Assembly: GCA_001643675.2 (NCBI GenBank)
Contig: LSRY02000047.1
Coordinates: 1-64,000, forward strand
DNA from: Monocercomonoides exilis PA203
Lineage: Eukaryota; Protista; Preaxostyla
Length of the DNA stretch: 64,000 nt
Direction: 5' to 3'
Below are positions 42,601-55,881 of the stretch, piece after piece (the stretch's first letter is position 1; every line of letters starts with the position of its first letter). Below the pieces are notes generated by a model. It was not told the DNA's origin and searched no databases. It was given only the letters and a program-made list of their open reading frames with translations. The position numbers and the translations under genes are program-made.

Positions 42601-45600
42601 AGCTGTTCATCAAAACTGTGCACGACTCATCCAGCGGCGTCAAGCTTATTCCAATCAAATCTGCTTCTCCTTCGATGCTTGCCTGTGCATCAACAAAGAT
42701 GGTTGGGAGTCTGCCTTCCAAAATATGCCGCACCACTTCATTTATCGTTCTGCATGGGCCTGTAAAGTTTCCGCACCTCTTTCCGTTTTCTCCATTTGAC
42801 GAAACGAGCACTTGCTCCCCTCTGAAGAATCTAATCTCATCAATCAAGTCGCGATCTCTTTCAGAAGCAGCCATGCTTTTTTCCCTTCCAAATATCGCAT
42901 TCCTTGAATCAAATACTGTTTCGTCAAAGTCAATCAAAAATTGATCTTCAGATACTTGAGATTCAATGTTCACGCACAAAATAAATACATCTCTCCCTGA
43001 TTTCGCATCGTTAAAGCTGAAGCGCGCATTCTTAAATCGGAATCCGAGTGGATTGTCATTCGATAAATGTTCATTTCTGCCTGAAGCGGGAATGCTTCCA
43101 CAATCCAAATAGACTCCTCCGCCTTTTCCACTTGCTGTCGATGCTATGCACTTCCCCAGTGATGTTCCATTGATATCAAACATAATTGTGTCGCTGTTTC
43201 CAGGCCCCAACGTAAAGAGCATGCTTCCTCCTCTGGCAGAAGTTTTGCTTTCGCAACCGTTCAAAATGCATCCATTCATTTTGTATTTGATATTGTTGAT
43301 TGCTTCACAGCTCAAAAGGCAGCTTCCTCCATTATCTTTTGTTATCTCATTCATGCGACACGAAATGAGCTCCAGAATGCAATCGCCATTTGGAAGTATA
43401 GAGAAAGATGAGTGAGCGCTACGCTCTCTCCCAGAAAAGGAAGCATGAGTTTCTGGTATCGAAAATAATGGATATTCTAAAGTCAGTCCTTCAAACAGGC
43501 AATTATCCATTTTTCCGTCAATATCTGTTGCGCCGAATTGTATTGGCTTGAAATCAAACTTTAACTCTTTCAAAGAAAAATCTTTAATTTCAAACGCTCC
43601 TGAACGAACTTCAATAAGGCAATAAGTAATTGCATTATTCGTATCGTGGTTTAGCATCATAGCGCAGTTCTTCATGAACAGGTTTCCGCTTGATGACAAA
43701 ATCAGAACTGATTGAGAAGTTGTGAATTCAGTTGGGATGTATAATGTTAGTAACGTAAGTTTCAGTGTCTTATTGTTAAAGAATACACAATCTTCCGATC
43801 CAACAGGAGAAGATAACGAAGATATCGAGGCTGCAATAGAAAGCTCTGCAGGAGTATTTTGCAGTGATCCAATTTCGCGTTCAGATACGTCAAAACAGCT
43901 GTCAACATTTGCTGAATTCTCAATTAGAAGCTGTGTTACAGGCTGGTCAGGCTCTGAAGTACTTGTTATGTGTTGCAATCCTTCAGAAAATGAAGAGCAA
44001 GGAAGAGTTTCCTTTCCACATCCCTTCACATCTGCACCGTAACTGGAAGACACAACAATTCTTTCTGAGTTATAATCGACAATAAAAGCAAGAAGGTCAA
44101 CTGCCTTTGCAGTGAAATACACTGTGTCCATTCCAGAAAATGCATTTGTGTCTGTTATCCACTCATTGAGATTAATCAAAAATTGCTCAAGCTTTACAGA
44201 AGAGCTAAGATCAGTGCATGTGAAAAACACATTCTTCCCCATTGAAGCGACATTATCCGAAAATGCAATATTTGAAAAAACAAAATTGGCATTTGCCCCG
44301 AAAGAGTCGATGAAGCAAAATCCTCCTTTTCCAGTCGCAGGTGAACAACTGCACGAAGAAACAATACCAGGTTCATTGCTTGAATCTCCTTTGACACTCA
44401 ACGATCCGCCTGCTTTGAACTTAATTTTCATTCCTCCACCTTCGTTGCTTTCTAACGCTGTTAAACTTGTGGATGAGCAATTAATTAACGAAAGAGAAGA
44501 AGACAGTGGATCTGCTATGATAACAGATTTAGAAGTGCTTTCTTTCGCAACAATTCTATCGAATGAACAGTTCTTGAAAGCAAATTCAGATGTTGCAGCA
44601 TTGTTGGATTGTTCTGATTGAGCACCAACTTCAGCGGCGTTCAAGAGCGATGCTGTTTGAAGCGTCACAGATAAAAAGTGGCTTTGCTCAAAGGTTGCAG
44701 TGACCGATTGCAATATCATGAAAGGTGATGATGAAAATAGCAGGTTTTCAACTGTGCAGCCATGAAACAACAATTTTCCATTGGTGGCAGATACAAGAGA
44801 ATAACTAATCGGAGTTAGGAAATTGCTTTGCTTAGCAAAATTGCACGAAGAGAGCTGTAACACTCCCTCTGAAGCAGCACATTTGATGACTGATAATTGA
44901 TGTCCAACAAATTCAGATGGCAACGAAAATGAAATGTTGATAAAATTGGTATTCCCTATAATGCCAATCGGTGTGTCTTTGTCACCTGAAGACAGATCTG
45001 AGCAGATGGTCATTCCTGTGTCTTGTGAAGGCGAAGCAGCTGAAAGTGTCAAATTCTGAAATTCGTAGTACGATTCGACTTCAACCAATGTGTCAAAAAT
45101 TATCTCCTTGCTGGTGCTGTCGTTCTTCGCATTTTTCATGCTTTTCCAAATTGAATGGCATGGAAAGTCTGCTGAGCCACATCGAAGGACATCATAGCCA
45201 GTGTTAGACACGTGAACTTTATCCGATACAAACTGAACCAAAAACACAATCAAATTCACAGAATTAAAAATTGTGTCTTTGCCGATGTATGCTTTTCCTC
45301 CTTCGACAGCTGGATCATTAACTGGTAAGAACAGCTTATCAGCAGACACAGACTCGTTCAACGAATCAAAATTAAAGAAGAGATTTTTTCCAATGTGGGC
45401 TTTATTGTTTGAGTATTTTGACTCAACGCTTAAGTTATACTGACCTTCGCTTTGTTGCTTGCTCAAATAGAGAAAACCTCCTTTTCCTGTTGCCTCGTTA
45501 CAGAAACACTCTCCAACTTGGCAGCCAGAAATACTAATTTTTCCTGTGTCTTTCAACCAAATATTGATAACTCCGCCTTCTTTGCATTCTGCATTGCCAA

Positions 45601-48600
45601 CATTGCTGAAATTGCATTCGTAAATGTTAACTGCTCCTTCGAGTTGTGTAGAAATAATTGGACTCATCGTTTCCTGCGGAGAAGCAGAGCATCTGCTGAA
45701 TGAAGTATTCATCAGTGACAAAGTGCTGTGTCCTCCTGTTGTCTCTGAGAAGAAAGTTGTTGAAAATGTAATTGTGCTAATGGAAGTGTGGTTAAGAGTA
45801 ATTGTCGATGAGCCAGTGTATTTGATGAATGAACTTTCCAAACAGAAACTGCGCTCGCCAATAGAGCAATTATTAAGCATCACTGTTCCGGCTTTCACTT
45901 CAATGGCATTCAAATAAACAGAAGAATTTAACTGCTCACTATCAAAATTCGAATCATTTACAATTAGCGAACTGTCTGTTGAAATTAGTGCTTTTAGCAC
46001 GTTTCGCACAGACGGAAAATACACTTTGATTTTGTTAAATGTGAGAATGTCGTGGTTTATTATTGCTGCATCAAAAGTTGTACTTGCAAAGTCAAATGAA
46101 AGTATTGAAGGAGTCGAACTTGAAGATGACAAAATAGTCATCGATGATAAATCAATTGGCTTGTTTATAACAGCTTTCGAAACAATAGATATTCCTTTGT
46201 TTTCAGAAGTTGTATCAAGAATCTTATCCATTCCATATTCAAATGTTAAGCAAGGCTCGCTTTCATTTCCGCATCTGAACCAGTCTTCCCCATGCTCAGA
46301 GCCACTATTCTTCACATTGACAATCTCTCGAATCGTTGTCATCAGCAAAATTAGATCGACATGCTGGTCAATAGAAGAAGTATTGCATCCATACATTATG
46401 TTTTCAATATCAGTTGTTGGAGTAAGAAGATTCCCAAATTTTTCAAATGTCACACAAGAATTAAGATTTGGTGCTTGAATGTATATGTCTCGGCCATATT
46501 TCGCTTTGTTTGACTCAAAACTGCATTCAGTAATTTTATAATCGCTGCTAATATCTTTCAATAGCAAAAATACGCCTCCTCCTTTTCCAGTCAATTCACT
46601 AGCAGTATTAGATGATATTTTGCATTGGCTAATCTCAAATTTTTTACTCGCCCCAACTGCAAAGGAAATGGCTCCTCCATTGATTGATGCTGTGCAAGGT
46701 GACGAAGAAAAATTGCATGATGTAGCATTGAAGGAGCCGATGCAAGTCGAAGAAGAAATAACAACGCATGAACTTGTCTCTTTGGTTGATGAAATTCGTT
46801 CAAATCCACAATTGGACAATTCAATTTGCTGCGAAGATGATCCACTCCCTAATTGTGAAATAAGACCTGCTTTGGAAGAGGTGAACTTCAAGTTAGCAAA
46901 TCGGCTCTCAGAAAATTTGAAAATCCCATTTTGAAGGGAGAACAATGAACAAGAGCAACTTAATTCGCTGGAAGCATTAAATGATGAGCTTTCAAGAACA
47001 AGGCTGCCTCCGCTTATTGAAACGATTGCGATTGTTAAAGTATTCGAAGCACTTCCAACAAAAATACAATTTGAAAATGTTTGGATTCCATTTGTTCCAC
47101 TCAGCAAACTCTGAACTGAACTTCCTTGAGGAACTGAGCCAATTGAATAAACAATGTTTCGAGATTGAAAGGCACCTGATGATATAAGTGCAGAATTCGC
47201 GGTTCCTGCAATTCTGTCAATCGTAACTGAAGCATTCACTGTTGATTCATTTCTTTCAACAACAACATTTGATACATCAGTTCCTGACATAGACACTTCT
47301 ACTGAACCATTCGCTTTGATTGTATGTGAAGATCCATTAAAGCGTTGAACAGCCTGCGTAATCGACTTGCAATGGGCGACTGTTGACCCGCAATACTTTC
47401 CATCGCCTCGCGACGCATTTGAAGCGTGAATTATCGACGATGAGTATCCAAAGATGAACGGCATCAAGTCGAAATCTCCCTGAAACGTTGCATTGTCTCT
47501 TCCATACCATGCATTTGTTCTATTCGGAACATACGTCGAAATTGCTGCAACAGAATAATAAGAATCAAGATTTGCGTTTGGCAATGAAGGAACGAATATA
47601 AATACATCTCGTCCAAAAAGCGCTTGATTTAATGAGAACTGGCATCTGCTTATCGTAAATTTAGACAGTGATCCGTTTGTTGAAAAGTACAATGCTCCTC
47701 CTCTTCCACTGCTTTGACTGACACAGCAACTCGTAAACGTGGTGTTAGAAAAGCTAATTTGAGAATCATCAGTGTTCAAGCATATTGCGCCACCATTCGT
47801 ACCAATCGAATTAAGGCTTGAAACTGAAGATATTGCACAGCTATTAAATGCAAGAGACTTTGGATACTTTGCTGAGATGAAAATAGTGGAATAATTTTTT
47901 GATGAAGTTATATTTGAAAAATTACAAAATGAAAACGTTGCTTTCGTCACCCCATTTGTCATTTGAAATAATGAATTGTATTGCAATTTAATGTTCTTTG
48001 TTGCAACTCTGTTGAAGGAAATGGCTCCGCTCGAAAAATAAAACAAGCTAGAAGAAAATTCGTCAGTCCAGCTGCTTGGTGTTGAAATCGTAATGTCAGA
48101 AACAGAAAGGTTGAAATTACCAGAAGAACCATATATAATACGAAAAGAATTTTTGTTCACATTTATTGTAAATGTAGAAATCGTTGCATTAACAGCTCCA
48201 GAAATAGAAATCATCGTTCCGATGTAACTATTCAAATTAAAAATAACTTTTGTTTGACTTTCTCCGAACGCGTCCACTTTCCCTCTTGCCGCATTAATTG
48301 TCCAAGTATCTATCTCATTATAAGTTCCGTTAAGAAGTTTGATTCTCTTTAAATAGTTTGGTCTCCGATTGCTAATGGCAGTGTTGACTGATTTGCATGC
48401 TGTGCTTGCACTTAATCCACAATTAACTGTAGCACTTCCAGTGGATGCAACAATCTGATACGGATCCATTTTAATAAGCTTTGAATAATTTGCTCCATCC
48501 ATATGCACTCTATTTCCATCATTATATGTAAAACTTGATGAAAATGATATATCTACATCTTTTGTTGTCCAATCGAAATCATAAACATAAAAATCTGGCC

Positions 48601-49626
48601 CAAGATTATATGTTGCCTTGCAATCATAAAAAACATTGTTTTTTATGGTTCCGTATCCAACTTCATTAATGTATATCCCTCCTCCATAATTTGCTGAGCA
48701 ATTCTCAAAAGTACAATTTATGACACTTAGATTATAATTTAATCCTAAAATTGCTCCATTAAAATAAATACCTCCTCCGTTAGTTCCTGTACATCCTTCA
48801 AAAATCGTAGAATCAACAATTGCATTTTTTCCTGTTATGTTTTGCTTTGCTCGAGAAACATGAAACAATGACAAAGAAGGCGTTGAATGCGAGCAGTCAT
48901 AAAATTCGCAAAGATCGCAGACAAAGTCTTGTGATGGAGAAGTAAAAGAAAGCCCATGTACAATGCCTCCATAAAATGCGTCGTGAACCTGGATGAACGT
49001 TGAAGACCTCAGCACCGATGTAAGAATAAAAGAATGATTTTCCTTTGCTGCAGCTTCATTTCCAGTTTTCACCTTGGTTGTTATGTTTGTAAAACAACAC
49101 GTGTTAACAACTTCTTGGTTTCCAATTCCGCTGCAAAGCAAAGATGAAGATTTACTTGATAAGATTGTGAAATCAGAGAAGTTTGAATTAATAAGTTTCA
49201 CTCCAGAAGAAGCTTCATTCTGCAAATTTGCGATAGAAGGCAACTGTCTTTTATATGTGCAAGTGTCTACCGAAATATTATAAAAAGCAATATTGCCTGA
49301 CGAAGCAAACGGAGTCAATACTTTCTTAGAATAAATTAATCTGGTGTTGCAACAAAAAAGCGAAGATTCTCCATCGAGAGCAGTAATTGAATATTGTTGC
49401 AAGTCAATGCAAAAAATTTCGTTAAGTTTTAAAGAAGAGTTTGCCAAAAGAAACAAATAGTTTGAACTTGCGGAATTGCAGGATAAGGCCTGCTGTAATT
49501 GTGTTGAAGTTGAGGTCTTCTTGTTTATAAATATCCCATTTTTTTCATGTATTTCATTTGCAGCTTCAAAAGCTGCGACTGTGCAAAAAATCAAAAACTC
49601 AATCGTTGTAAAGAAGAAGTGATCAT
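39698..49626 (-). CDS. Giant receptor-like type I membrane protein: parallel beta-helix/PMP-like repeats, one TM, C-terminal tyrosine-kinase-like pseudokinase
   Basis: 3298-aa intronless ORF; repeated GG(A/G)(I/L/V)(Y/F) and C-G...PC.(S/T) modules; TM WIIVALVVVGSLLIVTILFIIVVV; RWKAPEL and LMLWECLTLQIPF; probable ATG at 49626 needs one extra base in a homopolymer. Confidence 0.8.
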
Positions 49627-49964
49627 ATAACTATAACTTAATTAATCAATGAACAATTTATTTTGAGAAAAAAATCGAGGATGATTTGAAAATGCAGGAA
49701 AATCAAAGAAATGGTCATTAAAACAAAAAAGAGATGATATTTATGAAAATATGAATTTTTCCAACATTTTCTTGAATCGAGCTATTGAAACGAACAGAAC
49801 AAAAAAGTTTATTTCTCATTGAATTCACATATCATGTAATAAAAATAACTGACATAGTTTTGATATGGATTTGTTTTATTTCTTGTTTTCCAACAGTTTT
49901 TAACTTTGATTGGAATTTATTATTATGGTTATGTTTTCTATTTGGATTTGTTGATTAATTTTGT

Positions 49965-52757
49965 ATGGATGAGGGTGCATCGGTTATGGACTTCATAACA
50001 GTTTTGGAAATGCCATCATGTGGAATTTACCTTTTCCATCTGAAAGAATCTGAGCGTACTATTTATGAAAACGCTACAGTTATTCTTTTTCATCGTTGTT
50101 CTGATAATGCTTCATATTTAGAGCTTCATGGACTGGCCACGCACAGTTTATATTTTTTGATGCCTCCGAATTGCGTTACTTTGAAAATTGCTCCATTTAT
50201 GTACATTCTTTGCAGTGGTGAAAGATGTGTCGGAGTTGCTCTCCCAATGTATGTCCAGTGTTTTTAATATATATTTTCAAAAAAGTATTTGTCTCGCGTA
50301 TGTTGTTTTAGAGGTTCATCTTCTGCTCTTCTTGATAAATGGGAAGAATTTTTATCGCATCATACGTCATATTTTGATAGTTGTAATGCACCAGGAAATA
50401 CTGATCCTTGCAAAAATGAAGCATATCAAAGAAAAATCATTGAATCTCTTTTAAGTGCAACGTCTTTAGAATCACATGAAGTGATTAGTTCAAGCGATTC
50501 TGTAAAGGAGCAAAATCAAGCAGGTTTTGAATCCAATTTTTCCGAAGATATCTTGTCAGAAGAATTCAAAAAGAACTATGGACAAGACAACTCTTATTTA
50601 CAGGAACCGAAATTATGTTTGCAAAATATTTCTGGTTCAAATGTTACAATTGGAAATATGGAAACTCGAAGCAATCAATCAGATTCAAATTTTAGAGGTG
50701 AAGATTTCTTTCAAAATTTTCAAAGTTCTCAAACGCCACTTCTAAATAACGATGAGCCTCGAAGTCAATCGCCTCACTCTGAAAAAGCAGAGGTGAAGCA
50801 CAGCGACAGCAGCGAGTCAGGTGCTCCTGCTCCTTCCGCCATCCAGCACTTCAACAACGCATTCAAAGGGATAGCGCACATTTGCTCGTCAGCAACCACT
50901 TCGATTGCCTCGTTCACGGTCGACCTGGCTGCCGCCGGCACGTCCTCTTTGCTGTCCTTCCTGCACTCTGCCTCAGACATCCTCCACAAGGACAAGATGC
51001 GCCTGGAGGCGGCTGAAACAGGCGGGGAGAAGGAAAAGAGCAAGCTGAAAGAGAAAGAATCATCAAAGAAGCACTCAAAATCTGCACATTCACAACACTC
51101 TTCTCCTTCCTCTTCTCCTTCTGTCGCTGCTTCGTCCCCGCCTTCTGCATCTTCCTCGTCTTCTTCCTCTCCTACCTCTCCTTTTGCTTCTCCTTTTGCT
51201 TCTTCTCGTTCTTCTCATTCTTCTCGTTCTTCTGAACATTCTCCACTCCCTTCTCTTCTCATCCCTTCTGCCACTTCTGCTTTTTCCTATTCTTCTTCTC
51301 AGACACACCACACCCCTTTCACATCCCCCTCACTTCATCCAAACAATCCAAATGGAATGTCTAATCACCAGCACTTTGCATCTTCTTCTTCTTCACCTTC
51401 TTCTTCCTCTTCCTCTTCCTCATATTCTCCTTCATCTTCCTCTCCCTCTATCTCTCTTCTCCCTCCTCCAATTTCTGCTTCTTCTTTTTCCAACACGTCA
51501 TTCTGTGACAGTCCAAAGTTCATTGAGAATATGTCTCCTGCCATTTCTTCTTCTTCTTCCTTTTCTTCTTCTTCTTCTTCTTCTTCTCATTCGAATTCGA
51601 ATTCGAATTCTTCTCAAATCACAAAAGAAATTTCTTTCATGCCACATTCAAACAGCAACACTCCAACAACTAACACTCAAAACATACAAAATGGAAATTC
51701 GAATTCTTCTTCCTCTTCATCTTCCTCATCTTCAGGTGTATCACGAACTTTATCATCATCTTCCTCCTCCTCTTCTTCCTCTTCCTCCTCCTCCTCCTCC
51801 TCCTCTTTTGTTTCACATATCCCTCCGCATTCTGCCCCATCATCCACATCTTCTTCCTCTTCTCCCTCTTCTCCTTCTCAGCTTCCTCAGTCATCTTATT
51901 CTCCTTTCCCTTCCTTCTCTTCTCTTGTCCCTGCCTCTCGTTATGCTCAGCCTTCTTCTCCTTCTCTTTCTCTTTTGAATGGCTCCTCTTTTGGCACATT
52001 TGATATCCCAAACTCTGTTTCTTCTTCTTCTGCTTCTTCTTCATCTTCTTCTTATCCTCATCAATTCATAACATCGTCATCATCACCTTCATCATCATCA
52101 TCTTCTTCTTCTTCTTCTTCTTCCATTTCATTCAACCAGAATAATCTTCCAATCAATTTCATTTCATCTTCTCAGAATAACACAGACATCTCAGCCACTC
52201 CTGTATTTATTCCTCAACCAGATCTTATTGTTCCTATTCAATCTTCTCAAATATTACCTTCCTCATCCTCTTCTTCTTCTTCTTCTTCCTCTCCTTCTTT
52301 CCCCATCTCTCTCCAGCACCCTTCTTCCATCCACTCCCAGCCTGTCCCCATCAGAATCACTGACCCTCAGCTTCTCTCACACAGACAGCGATCTTATTCA
52401 TTCAATGAAGACACAGCCACTTCTGATGCTATTTGCTTCTCTTCTGCTAATCTTTCACCTTGTTCTTTTCCTCTTCCTTCTTCTTCCTCTTCTTCCTCGT
52501 CATCTTCGACTTCCTCTTCCTCTTCTATGCCTTCTTCTTTTTCCTATGCCAATTCCAGTTCTTCTCCTTCCTCTTTTTATTCTCCTTCTTCTCAGCCTAT
52601 TTCTCATTCAGCCACCCCTTCCACCCCCCTCACCCCCCTCACTCCTCTTACACCCATCACCCCTCTCACTCCTTCCTCTTCGTCTGCCTCTCCTTTCTCC
52701 CTCTCCCTCTCTCCTTCTTCTCCTTTCCCTTCTCCTTCTTCCTCTTCTTCCTCTTCC

Positions 52758-52793
<36 letters not shown>

Positions 52794-55082
52794 TCTTCCT
52801 CTTCTTCTCCCTTTGCCTCTCCATTCACTGTCCATCGCAGCCAATCTCGCCATGTCAAAATTCTTCCTCCGCCTCAAATGACTTCTGAGCGTATTCATCG
52901 CTCTTTCTCTCAACTTGCTTCTTCTTCCTCTTCTTCTTCTCATCCAACTCCTCAGCCACCTACTGTACATCATTCAACTGCAACACATGTGAATGGAGGA
53001 GGAGGAAATGTGAATAATAATAATAATTATGGAGTTATTTGTTTGGCATCATCATCTTCTTCTCCCACTTCTTCTTCTTCTTCTTCTGGAGCTAAATCAT
53101 CATCATCCTCATCGTCATCGTCATTGTTATCATCTCCTTCCTTTTCCTCTTCTTCTTCATTCTCTTCCTCCTCTTCCATTTCCAGCCGAAGTTCCTCTTT
53201 CTCCTCCATCCGCTCTCAGAGCAGTCTCTCCCCTTCTGTCTGTCTTCTGTCGGATTTGCCTCTGAATGACTCAACATTCCCTCGCTCTGCTTCACAAACA
53301 CCTCATTCACCTCACTTGCTGAATTCTTCTTCTTCTCCTTCTCCTTCTCCTTCATCGTTAACATCTTCTTCTTCCTCCTCTCGTTCTTCTCCTTCCTCTT
53401 CCTCCTCCTCCTCCTCTTCCTCCTCTTCTTCTTCTCATCCTCGTCGTTCTGCTGCTTCTCCCCCTCTTTTTGTGCAGTCCATCTTCAAACTTGCCCAAAA
53501 AGGTGTCCAATCTTTCTCCCATCTCTTCACAAAGAACAACCAGCAGAAGTCTTTTTTCCCCATCCCTCAGAAACAACAGGGAAATCAGAATATGAATAAG
53601 AGTGTGAATGTGAATGCTAATCTTAATGCTAATGTTAATGTTGGAAGTGATGGAGAGAGGCAAATGTTGTCTTCTTCTTCTTCTTCTTCTCTTTCATCTT
53701 CTTTATCATCATCTTTATCATCAACATCTTCTTCTTCTTCTTCTTTACAATCTCAACCGCAATCTCATCCTCAATCACTTCAACAGAATCAGATGATGAA
53801 TTCATCTCAATCTCAACCGCAATCACAATCACAATCACAATCATTATCTTCATCTCAATTCATTCGTCAGTCTCAACCTCAGCTTCAGCTTCAATCTCCT
53901 TCTCAGTCTCAACCTCAACCTCAATTTCTGTCTTCATCCCAATCTCTTTCTCAATCTCAATCTCAATCTCAATTACAATTGCAATTGCAATCTGAATCAC
54001 AGCCTCAACCTCAATCTTCGTCTCAATCTCCTTCTCCTTCTCAATCACAATCACAATCACAGTATATTTTATTATCTCAGCCACAGTTTAGACAACAAGC
54101 ACAACCTCAAGCACAACTTCAACCTCAGTCTCGTTCTCAATCTTCTTCTCAATCGAATATTCAGCTTCAATCTCCATCTTCATCTCAATTGCAATCTCAA
54201 TCTATTTTCCAATCAGAACAACCACCCATCCATCAGACAAGCAAAGGAGTGAAAGAAGAGCTGTTGGAAGAGATAAAAAAGATGTTTGATGAAGACAATC
54301 AAAAGAATGGCATTTCATCACAAACACAAATAAATGCACAACAACAGAATGGAATGCAAATGGAATCAGATGGAGATTTCCTGAATTCTTTTGCTTCTTC
54401 TTCTTCTTCTCTTTCTACTTCTTCTTCGTTCTCTTCCTCATCTTCTTCATCTTCTTCCTCTTCTTCCTCTTCTTCCTTCTCTTCCTTCTCTTCCTCTTCT
54501 CCTCCTCCTCTTTTATTGCACACTTCCACAGCAGAAGATATATCAAAGGCAAACAACAGTAACACAACAATAACATCTTGTTCTTCTCCTTCATCATCAT
54601 CTTCTTCTTCTTCTCCTTCTTCTTCTTCTTCTTCTTCTTCTTCTTCTTCTTCTTTTGACTCTTCTTCTGACTCTTCTTCTTCTCTTTCTTCTCCCTCTTC
54701 TTCCTCATCCTCCTCATCTTCATCTTCATCTTCATCATTTTCTTCATCAGCACCCCCGCAAATATCACCATCGTCGTTGAATGTTCTATTTGATGAATTA
54801 ACTTCATCTTCTTCTCTTTCTCTTTCTTCTTCTGTTATGCCTCAATCAATCAGAATGGATGAAGAAATTGAATTGAATTCTTCTTCTTTATTATCTTCTT
54901 CTTCTTCTTCTTCTTCTCTTTCTCTTTCTCCATCTCCATCATCATCATCTTATTCTTCCTCCTCCTCGTCCTCTTCCTCCTCTTCCTCTTCTTCTTCCTC
55001 TTCTTCTTCCTCTTCTTCTTCTTCTTCAAATGATTTGTCTTTGTCTTCTGATCATTCTGTGAAAGTTGAGTGCATTTCGTGA
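49965..55082 (+). CDS. Hypothetical protein: small globular N-terminus plus ~1400 aa of Ser/Pro/Gln low-complexity sequence; probable intron ~50249-50310
   Basis: 100-aa ORF at 49965 ends at a GTATGT donor; TTTAG acceptor at ~50310 leads into the 1597-codon ORF. Confidence 0.6.
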
Positions 55083-55881
55083 GCAGAAAGATGAAATTAA
55101 AATGGAACTTCCTTGTTTTAAACTTCCTAAATAGTCACCAATTTTGCGATGTTGTATGCTTATAAAGAGATGGTGCATTCAACGATTTATTGCCATCCCA
55201 CAATTAACTTTTTTTATAAATTGTTTCTTTGTTTTTTGTTGTTGTAAAATTTCCGAATTGTAATTTTAGATCATTTTATAATTATAATAATTAGCATATG
55301 GCGATTGATAGAATTTGGTTTTTTTTGAATTATTTGTTCATAAATAAGTATTATTATTATTTAATAATTATTTTAATTTTTATTTTTATTTTAGCAAATT
55401 ATAGTTTAAATTCATTGCCTTTTATTGTTATTGATTTTGAATTGTGTTTCGAATTGCATGTGATAATCTCCGAGCGGTTTTGTTCTCCCGCTTATTCTTT
55501 CTCTTCCTCTTTCAGTGCTTTACCCTTCTTTAAGCATTATATAGTATTTTCAAATCCAAAGTTGTTATAAATTGCTTCGTATTAATTGCATAGGTCTTTG
55601 GGATTTCTTTTTTGTGGATGTTTATTTATTTTCTAATGCTATCATATCATTTCCAAATTTTTTTAACAGATAAATATCATCTTGTTTGTTTTAAGAAAAT
55701 AATTTTCCTTTTTTTTTATAAAAAACGTAATGTATAATATGAATTGTTTCAATGCATTTTTTATTCACATTTTAACAAGAAATGCAAAACATTTTGTTTG
55801 TATAATGACAACGAAATTGACAGGAAAAATCAAGATAATTAGAATGGGGTTGATCATTCAATTTGTAAGAATTTACAGAAA

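Noticed and set aside
50774-54807. Many poly-Glu/Arg/Lys/Leu ORFs on alternative frames
   Set aside because: Shadows of the TCT/TCC/TCA poly-Ser coding repeats
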